Source: Candidatus Moraniibacteriota bacterium (GTDB taxonomy: Bacteria > Patescibacteriota > Minisyncoccia > Moranbacterales > GWC2-37-73). From it: DNA of 64,000 nucleotides. Each line of letters starts with the position of its first letter. Within the stretch, counting starts at the first letter, position 1. The notes under the pieces were generated by a model, which did no database searches, had not been told where the DNA came from, and saw only the letters and a list, made by a program, of their open reading frames with translations. The DNA is taken from assembly GCA_035390125.1 (NCBI GenBank), contig DAOOTD010000002.1:41908-105907 (forward strand), in the 5' to 3' direction. Made by a program: the position numbers and the translations under genes. This document shows, piece by piece, positions 41,301-51,417 of the stretch.

Positions 41301-42899
41301 CAGAAGTTCAAAAACGGCCTTAGATTGGGCTGTTTTTGTTTTATCTAAGGCAAAATTAGTCAGTTCTAACCTTGGACATTCTGCCTTTATGGTTTCCAAT
41401 CCTTTTTCAATGAGTTGGTATTGTTTTCTTAGTGTGATATCTAGCACGCCATCCTTGAGGGTGAAATCTGATCCCAAAGCCCGTAAAATGTTGGTTTTCT
41501 CGGTATAATCACCAACATTAAAATTATGTTTTGCATATACCGCAAACTTGAATGTTTTTTCGGTCAGTTCTAACCATTCATCGGCTCGCTGGTTTATGTC
41601 ATCTAAAGATTGTTGAATCTTGTCTTTTTCTTTCAGTAGGGTCGCTTTTCTTTCCTTGAATTCGTCATCGCCAATTAAATCCTTGTTGGCATTTTCGGGT
41701 GAGATGTAGATATCTAACAACTTATCAATCCTATCTTGGCATTTCTTCAATGCTTTTTGTTGGTTTTCAATCATTATGTTCCTATTATCAACTTCGAGTT
41801 CGTTATCTCGCCTTAAGATTTTCAAAGCATAATCCAAAAAACTTTTAGGTATAGTGATTTTATCCAACTTATCTGCAATCTGCTTGTTGATGTCGTTGTA
41901 GGTAATGGATTTTTGTTTGCAATTAACATTCAACTTCTTTCTAGTGCAGTTATGATAGATGAATGTTCGGACAACATTTTCGGTTTTTATATGCTTCAGT
42001 TTTAGTTGGGTAGTAATATGACATCCGCACTCACCGCAACGGATAGTTCCTCGATAGGGAAGAATTTTATGTTTTGTTTGTGGCTTAGTTTTATTTCCCA
42101 AAAGTCCTTGAACATAATCAAATTCAGCTTCGGTTATCATCGGTGTGTGATTTCCTTCATAAACCTTACCAGTCCATTCATATTTTCCACAATAAAAAGG
42201 ATTGGTAAAAATATCGTATCCATGGCTAGCGTGCAGTTTTATTTCTTGCCCCTTGCACATTCTTCGCAAACCCCATTCATTGTTGGCAATCTCGATAATT
42301 TTTGAAACAGAATAGTCGCCAGTTAACATCAAGTCCCACATCTTACGAACAATGGGGAATTTTACTTCATCTACAAAAATCTGTTTTTTACCTTGGTCTG
42401 TTCCTTTGTCATTTTTATATCCTATCGGTGCACGACCAGGTCTCCAGCCTTGCTCTGCCTTATTCAACAGTCCTCGTCGGACATCTTTTCCTAAATCAAT
42501 AACATATTGGTTCGCCATTCCAAATTCAACACTCATCATTATCACATTGTCTACGGTTTTGTATTCTCTGCCGACTGTTTGGATGGACTGGATGAGTCCT
42601 TGTTGAAGCAACCACATTATCTCACCACCATCAACGGGATTTCTTGCTAGACGATTTAACTTCCAGCATATAATTCCATCTGCCTTGCCTTGTTTAATAG
42701 CAGACAGCATTTTGTTGAATTGTTCCCGACCTGGCTTTTTCGCTGATTTGCTCTCTTGAAAAACACCGACAATTTTAACATCGAGATGGCGTGCTAATTT
42801 TTCCAGTTCTTTTTTCTGGCTTTCAATAGATTGCGTTTGACGATCTTCCGCTTCGGTACTTTTGCGAAGATACATCAGATATTTTTGTTTTGTTTCCAT
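41292..42899 (-). CDS. Large serine recombinase (integrase)
   Basis: YLRKST catalytic Ser, RLARN, recombinase domain, zinc ribbon C..C...C; stop codon lies inside tRNA-Gly. Confidence 0.95.
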   Translation of the reverse strand: METKQKYLMYLRKSTEAEDRQTQSIESQKKELEKLARHLDVKIVGVFQESKSAKKPGREQFNKMLSAIKQGKADGIICWKLNRLARNPVDGGEIMWLLQQGLIQSIQTVGREYKTVDNVIMMSVEFGMANQYVIDLGKDVRRGLLNKAEQGWRPGRAPIGYKNDKGTDQGKKQIFVDEVKFPIVRKMWDLMLTGDYSVSKIIEIANNEWGLRRMCKGQEIKLHASHGYDIFTNPFYCGKYEWTGKVYEGNHTPMITEAEFDYVQGLLGNKTKPQTKHKILPYRGTIRCGECGCHITTQLKLKHIKTENVVRTFIYHNCTRKKLNVNCKQKSITYNDINKQIADKLDKITIPKSFLDYALKILRRDNELEVDNRNIMIENQQKALKKCQDRIDKLLDIYISPENANKDLIGDDEFKERKATLLKEKDKIQQSLDDINQRADEWLELTEKTFKFAVYAKHNFNVGDYTEKTNILRALGSDFTLKDGVLDITLRKQYQLIEKGLETIKAECPRLELTNFALDKTKTAQSKAVFELLSG

Positions 42900-42932
42900 A
42901 TTAGTGTGTACAGAATTTATGCCACGGATTGA

Positions 42933-43115
42933 TTATATTATGTTCTCTCTTCTTGTACATGGCTCAGAGTCGACCTTTCTGAGAGGTTTATATATATGTC
43001 TAATCATTTCAACCAAAGTTTCCGCACATTCCAAAGACTCCTCGGATGACAGTTTTTGTCCGAATTCTTTTTCATAAAGTGCTTGAAATTTTTTTGCGTC
43101 AGCCTTGGTTATCAT
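42933..43115 (-). CDS. Small protein directly upstream of the LSR (candidate directionality factor)
   Basis: 60 aa, FQALYEKEFGQKLS..E; co-oriented with the integrase. Confidence 0.6.
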   Translation of the reverse strand: MITKADAKKFQALYEKEFGQKLSSEESLECAETLVEMIRHIYKPLRKVDSEPCTRRENII

Positions 43116-43266
43116 TTTAATTTAATAAAATAAGATAGATGAATAGGATATTTATAGATTTAGGATATGTATAGTTCCTCTTATTTAGAGGTATATATAG
43201 ACTAAAGTAAAAATTATAGTATTTACTATAGTAAGGAGGAGAATTATCCTTACTATAGTAAGGTTA

Positions 43267-43575
43267 TTATTCTTCAACGATTTCAATACTGGCATAGTCA
43301 TAAGCGTCTAAAATAAATTTTCTGATTTTATTCCAAATCGCTTTTTCAAAAAGACAGAATTTGAATCCAGCTTTCTGTGGCATCGTGACATTTAATCCCT
43401 CAAACTTGCTTTTCCAAACACCAAAGCCAGTGACCGTAAAGTATTCTCCAGTTTCAAACTTGAAACTCACATTGGCGTTGGCAAGCAAGTTCTCGTGCTT
43501 TCCTTTAATCATGTTTATTTTTATCGACACTTCTTTAAGATGTAGGTCGAGCGGGTAGGTGGTAAATGGTTTCAT
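43267..43575 (-). CDS. SpoVG-like nucleic-acid-binding protein
   Basis: LLANANVSF...VTGFGVWKSKFEGLNVTMP...I..FILDAY pattern. Confidence 0.55.
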   Translation of the reverse strand: MKPFTTYPLDLHLKEVSIKINMIKGKHENLLANANVSFKFETGEYFTVTGFGVWKSKFEGLNVTMPQKAGFKFCLFEKAIWNKIRKFILDAYDYASIEIVEE

Positions 43576-43592
43576 AATTTTCGGTAATTTTG

Positions 43593-43808
43593 TTAAGATG
43601 GTTCAGTTTTATTTTTTTGTTTAGATTTTTCTGCCATTATTCTGTCGACAGACTCATTAAAATAACTCAACATATCAGAGGCAACTTTCCAAAAATCGTC
43701 ATCGTTAAAATTTGCATTAGGTATTAGTTTCATGTACTTTACAACAAATTCATCAAGGTCAGCCCATAAGTTTTCTTCAATTGACAGTTCTTCATTGATT
43801 GATTCCAT
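43593..43808 (-). CDS. Small acidic hypothetical protein
   Basis: 71-aa ORF in an operon-like run. Confidence 0.55.
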   Translation of the reverse strand: MESINEELSIEENLWADLDEFVVKYMKLIPNANFNDDDFWKVASDMLSYFNESVDRIMAEKSKQKNKTEPS

Positions 43809-44043
43809 AAAATTAAAATTTAATAATTAGACACACACCCCGATTTTTCAGTGGGAGAACGACATTTTGGGGAATTTTTCATAAAATATTCTTTAAATTA
43901 TTTTTTATTTTTTCATTATATTTAACCCACTATTTGATAAAGAATTAGTGGGTTGCTAGTGGTTTAAAAAAACAAAAAAAGACTTTTAATAAAGTCTTTT
44001 GATACAACTAAAGAAGTTTTAAGTTTAGGTATAAACCACTCTT

Positions 44044-44844
44044 TTACCTATAAGATAGCCATGCTTTATCGCTGTCAATTTTAAATTTAAATTTTTTATT
44101 AACATCATGTGCTGATAACAATCTCTGCAACTCTTTTATTGTTCCCTCAATTTTAAGTTTCTTGTAATTTTTTTTCAAATATTCATCAGCTTCATCCGAT
44201 GCATTTTTTTTGGTAAATCTCTTTATTTTTTCAAATAAATATTCCAAAGTTCGTGCTGTTCCAATAGGATTACAAAAAGATTTTAATAATTGATACTTGG
44301 CTGTTTCAGCGTTACCAACTTCAATATTTTTCTTATCAACCTTTAAATAACCGATCCCATTTTTTTCAAATGTGGCAACTTTTATTTTACTTGTTTTTTC
44401 CTTCAATTTTTCAATTTTATTGTTTCCTATTCGATAACTGGAATATTCTAATATTTTATTCAAGCTTTCTTTGAATTTACCAGCCTCGTTTTTATTTGCC
44501 TTAAACAATAATGGATGCGTGGATTTACAAATAATGTTAAATAGTATTTTCTTGTTTTTCTTGCATGAATAATAAAGCAATATATTATGAAGTAGTTTTT
44601 GTCTTGAGTTGAAATAATTTGTCTTTAAAGATTCAGCCATATAATTGAGTGTAGATATATGGCCATATAAATCTTTTTTTACACCGCATTCATTTAAAAA
44701 ATCGCCCATTTTTATGTGAGATTTTAAACTTTCTATGGCATTTATTTTTTTAGCAATAAGTTCCAATGACTGCTCATTTAATATACAGCCTTCTTTTTTA
44801 AGGGAGCTTACTGTTATTGCTAATTCAATTTCATTTTTAAACAT
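44044..44844 (-). CDS. Hypothetical basic protein, possible C-terminal winged helix
   Basis: 266-aa ORF; Lys-rich C-terminus. Confidence 0.55.
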   Translation of the reverse strand: MFKNEIELAITVSSLKKEGCILNEQSLELIAKKINAIESLKSHIKMGDFLNECGVKKDLYGHISTLNYMAESLKTNYFNSRQKLLHNILLYYSCKKNKKILFNIICKSTHPLLFKANKNEAGKFKESLNKILEYSSYRIGNNKIEKLKEKTSKIKVATFEKNGIGYLKVDKKNIEVGNAETAKYQLLKSFCNPIGTARTLEYLFEKIKRFTKKNASDEADEYLKKNYKKLKIEGTIKELQRLLSAHDVNKKFKFKIDSDKAWLSYR

Positions 44845-44931
44845 ATATTTATTATTGATATTTTCTCACTAGATAGGCTTAAAAGCAAGATAAATGTTTA
44901 CTTTTAGCCATTTTTATATTACATTGTAAGT

Positions 44932-45106
44932 GGTACCATACTCATATAGACACTGAGAGTAATCTCAGTAATTTTGCTTCATCACGCCTTTAAGCGGGCG
45001 GCTCGGCGCACATGATGGGGCATTTCGGTGTCTTTTGAGTGTGGTACCCGTCGGGTCGTCCACTCAAGCGGAACTTCTCGACGACTTAATTATTAAGTCG
45101 TTTTTT
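44932..45106 (+). ncRNA. Candidate structured regulatory RNA/leader ending in a terminator
   Basis: GGTACCATACTCA/TGAGTGTGGTACC long stem, internal GTAA hairpin, ACGACTTAA-TTA-TTAAGTCGT plus T tract. Confidence 0.55.
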
Positions 45107-45138
45107 GTTTTTAAAAAACAAATTACACAATAAAAAAT

Positions 45139-45489
45139 ATGGGTGTAATTGAATCAATCGGAGCTAACCGAGCAAGAATCATTTTCGATGATTTTTGTGT
45201 TAGATTATTTTTAAAATATAAAGGAAACTATTGCTCTGATGTTAGAATATGGAAATTATCAAAATCCAATATACTTTTTGGCATGTTTAATAGTAAAAAT
45301 TTATACTGGGCTGTTTGTGATGAGGCGGCCAATTCTTTACACGGTTGGTTTTATAAAGAAGGCGATCTACTTAAGTCATTGGCGCATAGAATAGAGCAAT
45401 GCTCTAATGAGAATGAACTGAAAAGATTGTGTCTTAATCTGGAAAATATAATTGAAAAAGGAATTCCATTAGATATAGGAGAATTTTAA
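45139..45489 (+). CDS. Hypothetical protein
   Basis: 116-aa ORF. Confidence 0.55.
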   Translation: MGVIESIGANRARIIFDDFCVRLFLKYKGNYCSDVRIWKLSKSNILFGMFNSKNLYWAVCDEAANSLHGWFYKEGDLLKSLAHRIEQCSNENELKRLCLNLENIIEKGIPLDIGEF

Positions 45490-45490
45490 T

Positions 45491-45700
45491 ATGGAAAATA
45501 AAAAACATCGTCTCCAATCAAATTTCGAATTTATTGCTGAAACATCCTTGCGAGTAGTGCGAGCGTTTTCATATTTCTTTATGGTTGCGATACCCCTTTT
45601 GAATTATAAAGATCTGCGATTTTCAATTAAAACTATCTTGATTTGCTTGAGTTTGGTTTTTATTTCTAATAGACTACTTGGCAAAATTAGAAGCAAATAA
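45491..45700 (+). CDS. Small two-TM protein
   Basis: 69 aa; starts 1 nt after the previous stop. Confidence 0.5.
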   Translation: MENKKHRLQSNFEFIAETSLRVVRAFSYFFMVAIPLLNYKDLRFSIKTILICLSLVFISNRLLGKIRSK

Positions 45701-46130
45701 GGTTTTATCTAAAACGAATAATCGTGTTTGGTCGCGGATTCTAGCTATGCAAGATATAACAAAAAACGACCCTCTCTTTTTTGCGAAGGTCTTTTTTTAT
45801 TCCTCTTTTGTCACCAAAACACTCTCTTTTGGCTTTAAATAGCCAAAGATATAAAGTTATATGGCTGACCAGCCAAGACATCCTCTAGGGATGAAATAAA
45901 GCCTCCAGGGGCAGTGAGAGTGTCTCGCCAAATGGGCTTTTTGGCTAAAATAAGGCAAAGATTTCTTAATTAAACGATAAAAGGTTTTAAATAGCGGAAA
46001 TTATCGTGTTTGGTCGATTAATTTGTGTAGTATGATAACTGTTTAAAGAATTAATTATTATATAAGTTTATGGGTTAAAAAGCTATATATTGGCATAAGG
46101 CAATTTAAGTGATAAGCTAAAAATACAAAT

Positions 46131-47045
46131 ATGGCATTATTTAGCATACAAGGCGAGAAAACTAAAAAGATTTTATCTAAAAGCTTAGATTTAGAAAAAA
46201 AACTTCAAAAATTATTCGAGAATAATCTTGAAGACGTTTTGAATATCACTTTTTTAGCCCATGAATATTCCACAAGTTTTGGCGGAAGAATTGATACATT
46301 GGGAATAGATAAAAACGGATCTCCCGCAATAATAGAATATAAAAAGAACCAAAATGATAATGTAATTAATCAAGGACTCTCCTATTTGCGATGGCTTTTA
46401 GATCATAAGGCTGATTTTGAAATATTATGCAGAAATAATAAAGTTGCAGTTGAAATTGATTGGGATTCGCCAAGGGTTATCTGTATAGCAGAAAACTATA
46501 ATAAATTTGATATTGACACTGCGGATATTTTGCCTATAAATATTGAATTGCTAAGATATAGGATCTATGAAAACGATATTTTATCTCTAGACATAGAAAA
46601 TTATCAAAAAGTAAGAATTTCAACTTCTGGCATATTAAAGAAAGCAAGAAATCAAAAAGAGAAGCAGAATGTTCTTCAGAAAAATTATTTATTAGAAGAT
46701 CATCTGAAAAATGCGCAAAAGGAAATAAAATTACTTTTTTATAAGTTGCGAGAAAAGATCACAGCACTTGATGAAAATATTATTGAAGAGGCTAAGGCAA
46801 AGTATATCGCCTATAAAACTTCAACTAATTTTGTTGATATTGTGGTGCTTGGCAATAGTTTAAAAATATTTTTAAATGTGAAAAGTGGAAAACTTATTGA
46901 TAAAAATTCAATAGCCAGAGACTTAACTAAGCCAAAATCCGTTGGTCATTGGGGGAATGGTGATTATGAGGTAAAATTGCAAAGCGAAAATGATTTAGAA
47001 AAAGTTTTTGACCTAATAAAACAAAGTTATGGTTATAATAAATAA
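46131..47045 (+). CDS. NucS/DUF91-like PD-(D/E)xK nuclease with DUF5655-like C-terminus
   Basis: GRIDTLGID..IIEYK..NQGLSY; GHWGNGDYEV. Confidence 0.8.
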   Translation: MALFSIQGEKTKKILSKSLDLEKKLQKLFENNLEDVLNITFLAHEYSTSFGGRIDTLGIDKNGSPAIIEYKKNQNDNVINQGLSYLRWLLDHKADFEILCRNNKVAVEIDWDSPRVICIAENYNKFDIDTADILPINIELLRYRIYENDILSLDIENYQKVRISTSGILKKARNQKEKQNVLQKNYLLEDHLKNAQKEIKLLFYKLREKITALDENIIEEAKAKYIAYKTSTNFVDIVVLGNSLKIFLNVKSGKLIDKNSIARDLTKPKSVGHWGNGDYEVKLQSENDLEKVFDLIKQSYGYNK

Positions 47046-47049
47046 AACT

Positions 47050-48348
47050 ATGTACCAAGTAAAAATACCTAAGATATTATTTTTAGCACTAGGGACAGCA
47101 AGATTTTATTATAAAGGTTATTATAATACAAATGATCTCGCTGGAATTGCAAATAAATATGCCGAACATCTCGTTCGTTTAAGATCAGACAAAAAAGATT
47201 ATAAGTATTTGGATGATACTAATTTTGGTGGATTAAGAGGAAATTTTTCAACACTTCTTACGTGGAAAGGGTTTGTTAAAAGGGGAAATGCCATAGTAAG
47301 TAGATATTATATTGGCAGGGATAAAAGATTGGCTAATGCAGTATGTAATGGTGAAATTATACTAAATGAGAGTAATATGACTGCGTATACTACAAATGAA
47401 AAATTAAAAGAACTTTTAGAATTAGAAGCATGGCTTTTCACCGTAAAGGAAACACAGGCACATATAAAAGTTATGTTAGGAAAAGATAAGAGCATACCTC
47501 TTTCTAGAGATAACGATAATTTCAAAAAAGTATCTGTCGTAAGGAGTGCAAATGGTCAATATTTTATAAGATCGTTAGTTAACAATTTTATTGATTCAAA
47601 AAATAAAGTTCTGGAGTACAGTATAGTTAATTTTTGGGAAGGAAAAAAGTTAAAGAAGAAAAATCTTCATCCATTAATAGTTATTCCTACGAAAGATACT
47701 CCTTGGAGTAAAATATTTGCAATAAAAATGGAAGATTTGATTGATAATAAACCTTTGACATTATTGGTTGATTTAGAAAAAGAAATTTGTTTTGATACGG
47801 ACAATAATAAATACAAGCTATATTCTCTAAGGGAAGCCGTTGACGAATTTACAACTGGAGATGAAAATATACCTCAAAGGCTTTCATATTCCTGGGAAAA
47901 AATAAAAGAGGCTCACTGTGATAAAGAAGCTGATTTTTCTGAAATCAAAGAAGATGAATTTATAATTTTTCTAGAGAAATTCCTCAAGTGGCAAAAAGAA
48001 TTTGAAGTTGGAGAAAAGAAAGTTGTGGGTGTAAATGTATCGAGCTCTGGTGGTCCCGATGTTCACTTAACATTTTCGGGTGGCACAGCCCAAAAATTAG
48101 AACTTGAACATAACTGGAAAAGCTACTTAGATCACAGGCATCACGAAAGTAATGCATGGGTAGATACATGGCTTTTTGCAGAAGAAGAATGGAATCCTAA
48201 AAGAATATTAAGTTTATACAAGACACATAGAAAAACCAATGGTCAAAGAATTCCTAATGTATTTTTATGTTTAGAAAGAGGAGAACGCAAGTGCTATGAA
48301 GCAAATTGGGATGAAGAAACATTTACAGAAATACCTTTAAAATTTTAG
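47050..48348 (+). CDS. Putative type II restriction endonuclease
   Basis: Convergent with two MTases; C-terminal PD..ELE motif; start 47029 or 47050. Confidence 0.55.
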   Translation: MYQVKIPKILFLALGTARFYYKGYYNTNDLAGIANKYAEHLVRLRSDKKDYKYLDDTNFGGLRGNFSTLLTWKGFVKRGNAIVSRYYIGRDKRLANAVCNGEIILNESNMTAYTTNEKLKELLELEAWLFTVKETQAHIKVMLGKDKSIPLSRDNDNFKKVSVVRSANGQYFIRSLVNNFIDSKNKVLEYSIVNFWEGKKLKKKNLHPLIVIPTKDTPWSKIFAIKMEDLIDNKPLTLLVDLEKEICFDTDNNKYKLYSLREAVDEFTTGDENIPQRLSYSWEKIKEAHCDKEADFSEIKEDEFIIFLEKFLKWQKEFEVGEKKVVGVNVSSSGGPDVHLTFSGGTAQKLELEHNWKSYLDHRHHESNAWVDTWLFAEEEWNPKRILSLYKTHRKTNGQRIPNVFLCLERGERKCYEANWDEETFTEIPLKF

Positions 48349-49128
48349 TTTACTTAATTGATTTTTATTTTTTAACACAACTATTTTCGAGGTTGTGTTA
48401 TTTTTTTTCGCTCGATTTTTCATTATTTCAAAATATTCATTGTCATTCTCTATACTTATACTGTTCCTTTTTAATTGATCCGCTGAAGATTGAAGCGTTC
48501 CACTGCCGGCAAAACAATCTAAAACCCAGTCATTTTCATTAGTAAATATTTTTAGTAAGTGCTCTAAAACCTTGGCTGGTTTTTGAGTGGGATGTTTCGT
48601 TCTTTCATTGCCCATGCATATCGGAGTTTCTACAAAATCAGCCTTGATGTGATTATGCATTTCATTTTGCTTTGTAAAATTGAAAGTATAATCTATTTTT
48701 TTTTCATTAAATCCTTTCGTTGCCCATAAAATTGCCTCACATGAAGATAAAAAACCTGTTTTTCTAATTTGGGGGGCTGGATTAGTTTTGTGCCAAATAA
48801 TAGTAGCATGGTGTTTAAAATCATGCTTTTCATATATTCTTTTTATATCACTAATATATTCTAATTTGCTAAAAATTAACAAATTTCCAGATTCTTTAAC
48901 TTTATTTTTTGTATTCTTTATCCATTTATCAGTAAATAATAGATATTCATCATCAGAAAAATAATCCCACTTTCCAAAATCTGATGATCTAGCCTTTCTT
49001 CCTTTTAATATCTTGGTATTTTTATTAGCAGTATTGTAAGGAGGATCAACAATTACGGCATCGAATTTTTTATTGATTTTTGGCAAAATATCCAAAGCAT
49101 CTCCGAATATTAAATAATGTGAATTCAT
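48337..49128 (-). CDS. DNA N4/N6 methyltransferase (beta class)
   Basis: DPPY, HPTQKP, DCFAGSGT. Confidence 0.93.
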   Translation of the reverse strand: MNSHYLIFGDALDILPKINKKFDAVIVDPPYNTANKNTKILKGRKARSSDFGKWDYFSDDEYLLFTDKWIKNTKNKVKESGNLLIFSKLEYISDIKRIYEKHDFKHHATIIWHKTNPAPQIRKTGFLSSCEAILWATKGFNEKKIDYTFNFTKQNEMHNHIKADFVETPICMGNERTKHPTQKPAKVLEHLLKIFTNENDWVLDCFAGSGTLQSSADQLKRNSISIENDNEYFEIMKNRAKKNNTTSKIVVLKNKNQLSKLKF

Positions 49129-49133
49129 AAAGT

Positions 49134-49898
49134 TTATTTTTTTAGTCGTTTAAGTGAATCAATATAATAACCCTTGTCAACTTCAGAACCTATAAAATTT
49201 CTTTTTAATCTTTTCGCCACAACCGCAGTAGTCCCTGAACCCATAAAAGGATCGAATATAATATCATTTTCATTTGAAGTTGCTAGTATTATTTTCTCTA
49301 AAAGCCATTCTGGTTTTTGTGTAGGATGTATTTTTTTTCCTCCCGCAGTTTTTCCTCTTGTCAAAACAGCTTCTCCATACCACATGCACCTCATTTGCTT
49401 TCCGTGATTAATCTTTTTCATCTCACCATAATTAAATGTATTTTTTTTAGTTTTTCTTGCCCATATGAAATTTTCATGATCAGCTACAAATCTCGTACAA
49501 GACAAATTTGGTGTAGCATCAGATTTGTGCCATATTATTTCATTTAAAGGCTCAAGCCCTATTTTTTTTAATAAGTATCCTGTTAAATAAATATTATGAT
49601 AAGTTCCTGCAACCCATATTGCTCCTTCATTTTTTAATATTCTATAACATTCTTGTAGCCATTTCTTTGTAAATTCTTCGAATTCAATATCTCCAAAATT
49701 ATCCCAATGCCCTTTATTTGTGCTTAAATCAGAACCGCCAGATTTTATGAATTTTATCTTAAAATTGCTTTTGCTTAGGTTATAGGGAGGATCTGCAAAT
49801 ATCAAGTCAATAGAGTTGCTTTTAATTTTTTTCATTAATTTTAAGCAATCTTCATTGTAGATTTTATTTATTTTCAGTTTTTTATCTGTAAAAATCAT
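49134..49898 (-). CDS. DNA N4/N6 methyltransferase (beta class)
   Basis: DPPY, HPTQKP, DPFMGSGTT. Confidence 0.93.
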   Translation of the reverse strand: MIFTDKKLKINKIYNEDCLKLMKKIKSNSIDLIFADPPYNLSKSNFKIKFIKSGGSDLSTNKGHWDNFGDIEFEEFTKKWLQECYRILKNEGAIWVAGTYHNIYLTGYLLKKIGLEPLNEIIWHKSDATPNLSCTRFVADHENFIWARKTKKNTFNYGEMKKINHGKQMRCMWYGEAVLTRGKTAGGKKIHPTQKPEWLLEKIILATSNENDIIFDPFMGSGTTAVVAKRLKRNFIGSEVDKGYYIDSLKRLKK

Positions 49899-50198
49899 CC
49901 TTATTTTTTAATTTATAGATTATAGGTTAATTATAACCTTAAAAGAGAGAAAAATACACCCCCAGGGCAATTTATTAAAAATATGCGAATTCTGTGTTTA
50001 AAATGTACCTAAATTGCTTTGACAAAGCACTTATTCCATGCTATAGTTTTTTCTAAAGACGAGGCATAGCTTTAAAGCTTTTAGGTATATCTCGATCGCT
50101 CTTATCTGAGTAGCGGCATTGGAACGGGCCGTGAAGAACGGTATAAGAAGAAAGTGGTCGAGCCTTCTTGTGTAATTAAGACATAATAAGAGAGCCAT

Positions 50199-50408
50199 AT
50201 GCCAAAGAAGCAAGATGCTTCTGGTATGCGAGGATATCGAACTCGAAACGAAGATGGAGAATTGCGCGATAAGCGTGATGATACCCACATTGGGACCATT
50301 GAGAAGCAGTACGATATAGATCTCGAAGTCAGAAGTGATATGCACTTAGGAACATATCTTAAGGAGCATAAAATAAAATCCCTTAACGACCTAATTAATG
50401 GTCAATAA
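50199..50408 (+). CDS. Small hypothetical protein
   Basis: 69 aa, RTRNEDGELRDKRDDT..RSDMHLG. Confidence 0.65.
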   Translation: MPKKQDASGMRGYRTRNEDGELRDKRDDTHIGTIEKQYDIDLEVRSDMHLGTYLKEHKIKSLNDLINGQ

Positions 50409-50483
50409 GAGATTTTAGAACAAGAAGCTATTGCCTCGTCTTTATTTTACCATAAAATAGAGCAATTGTTATCCACAACAAAT

Positions 50484-51368
50484 ATGTCTGATGGTGAAGA
50501 ACTTAAAATCTATATAGACGGATCTGCTATAACAAATCCAGGAAAATTAGTTGGATGTGCGGGAATAGTTTGCTATCCAGAATTCCTTAATATCCCAAAC
50601 AAAGAGCTCAGATGGTCCTACTCATTGGGGTCAATTGGCAGCATGGAACTTCTGGCTTTGATAAATGCTTTAAAGTGGATTAACAAAAATGTAGCACATC
50701 TTCTTGAAAATTCTATAAGTTCAATATTAATCCTAAGTGATTCTGACTACATTGTTAGTTCGGCCAATTCATGGGTCTATAAATGGAGCAATCCATGGAA
50801 TAAAAATAAATGGAAAAAATCTGATGGTGGTACGGTTAAACACGAGAAATTATGGAAAGAATTTCTAAAAGAACGTAAAAAAACACGGATCAATTTCAAT
50901 ATTACAATTGAATGGATTGAAGGCAAGAGTACCCAAGAGACGAAAAGTGTCGATAAGGCAGCAAAAAGATCAGCAAGAAGTCTGGTGAAAAAGCCGAATT
51001 TTGAACAAATGCCTTATAAACAAGGGCGATCTTTACTGGGAAAAAAATCAAAATTAGAGTTATTTCTTGAAGTTGGAGAAACACACTTAATAAGAGTTTA
51101 CTCTCATTGTTTAGTCAGTAGAAAAAAAGATGCCGAATGTGAAGTTAGATTTGAGGTGATTAAAGACAAAAGCATCGAAGGAAGATTTAAAGCTTTCACA
51201 TCTCAGAAAATAGGTATTAGCAATATTGATAGGGGGCATTATTATTATGCGACTTTTGCTGACAATAAAATATTGCCGTGGATTGATAAAATAGAAGAAA
51301 TTGAAGAAAAAGAGGTTGAAATTATTAAGAAAAAGGCAAAGACCATAATAAAAGCGAAAACTAGTTAA
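50484..51368 (+). CDS. RNase H-domain protein with C-terminal extension
   Basis: YIDGS, MELLAL, SDSDY, VDKAA (DEDD residues). Confidence 0.8.
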   Translation: MSDGEELKIYIDGSAITNPGKLVGCAGIVCYPEFLNIPNKELRWSYSLGSIGSMELLALINALKWINKNVAHLLENSISSILILSDSDYIVSSANSWVYKWSNPWNKNKWKKSDGGTVKHEKLWKEFLKERKKTRINFNITIEWIEGKSTQETKSVDKAAKRSARSLVKKPNFEQMPYKQGRSLLGKKSKLELFLEVGETHLIRVYSHCLVSRKKDAECEVRFEVIKDKSIEGRFKAFTSQKIGISNIDRGHYYYATFADNKILPWIDKIEEIEEKEVEIIKKKAKTIIKAKTS

Positions 51369-51417
51369 GATAAAGCACCTTGTAGGGTTGATTCAATTGT
51401 ATTAGGATATTAATATG

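Noticed and set aside
41227-41508. 93-aa + strand ORF
   Set aside because: It overlaps tRNA-Gly and is antisense to the integrase; spurious
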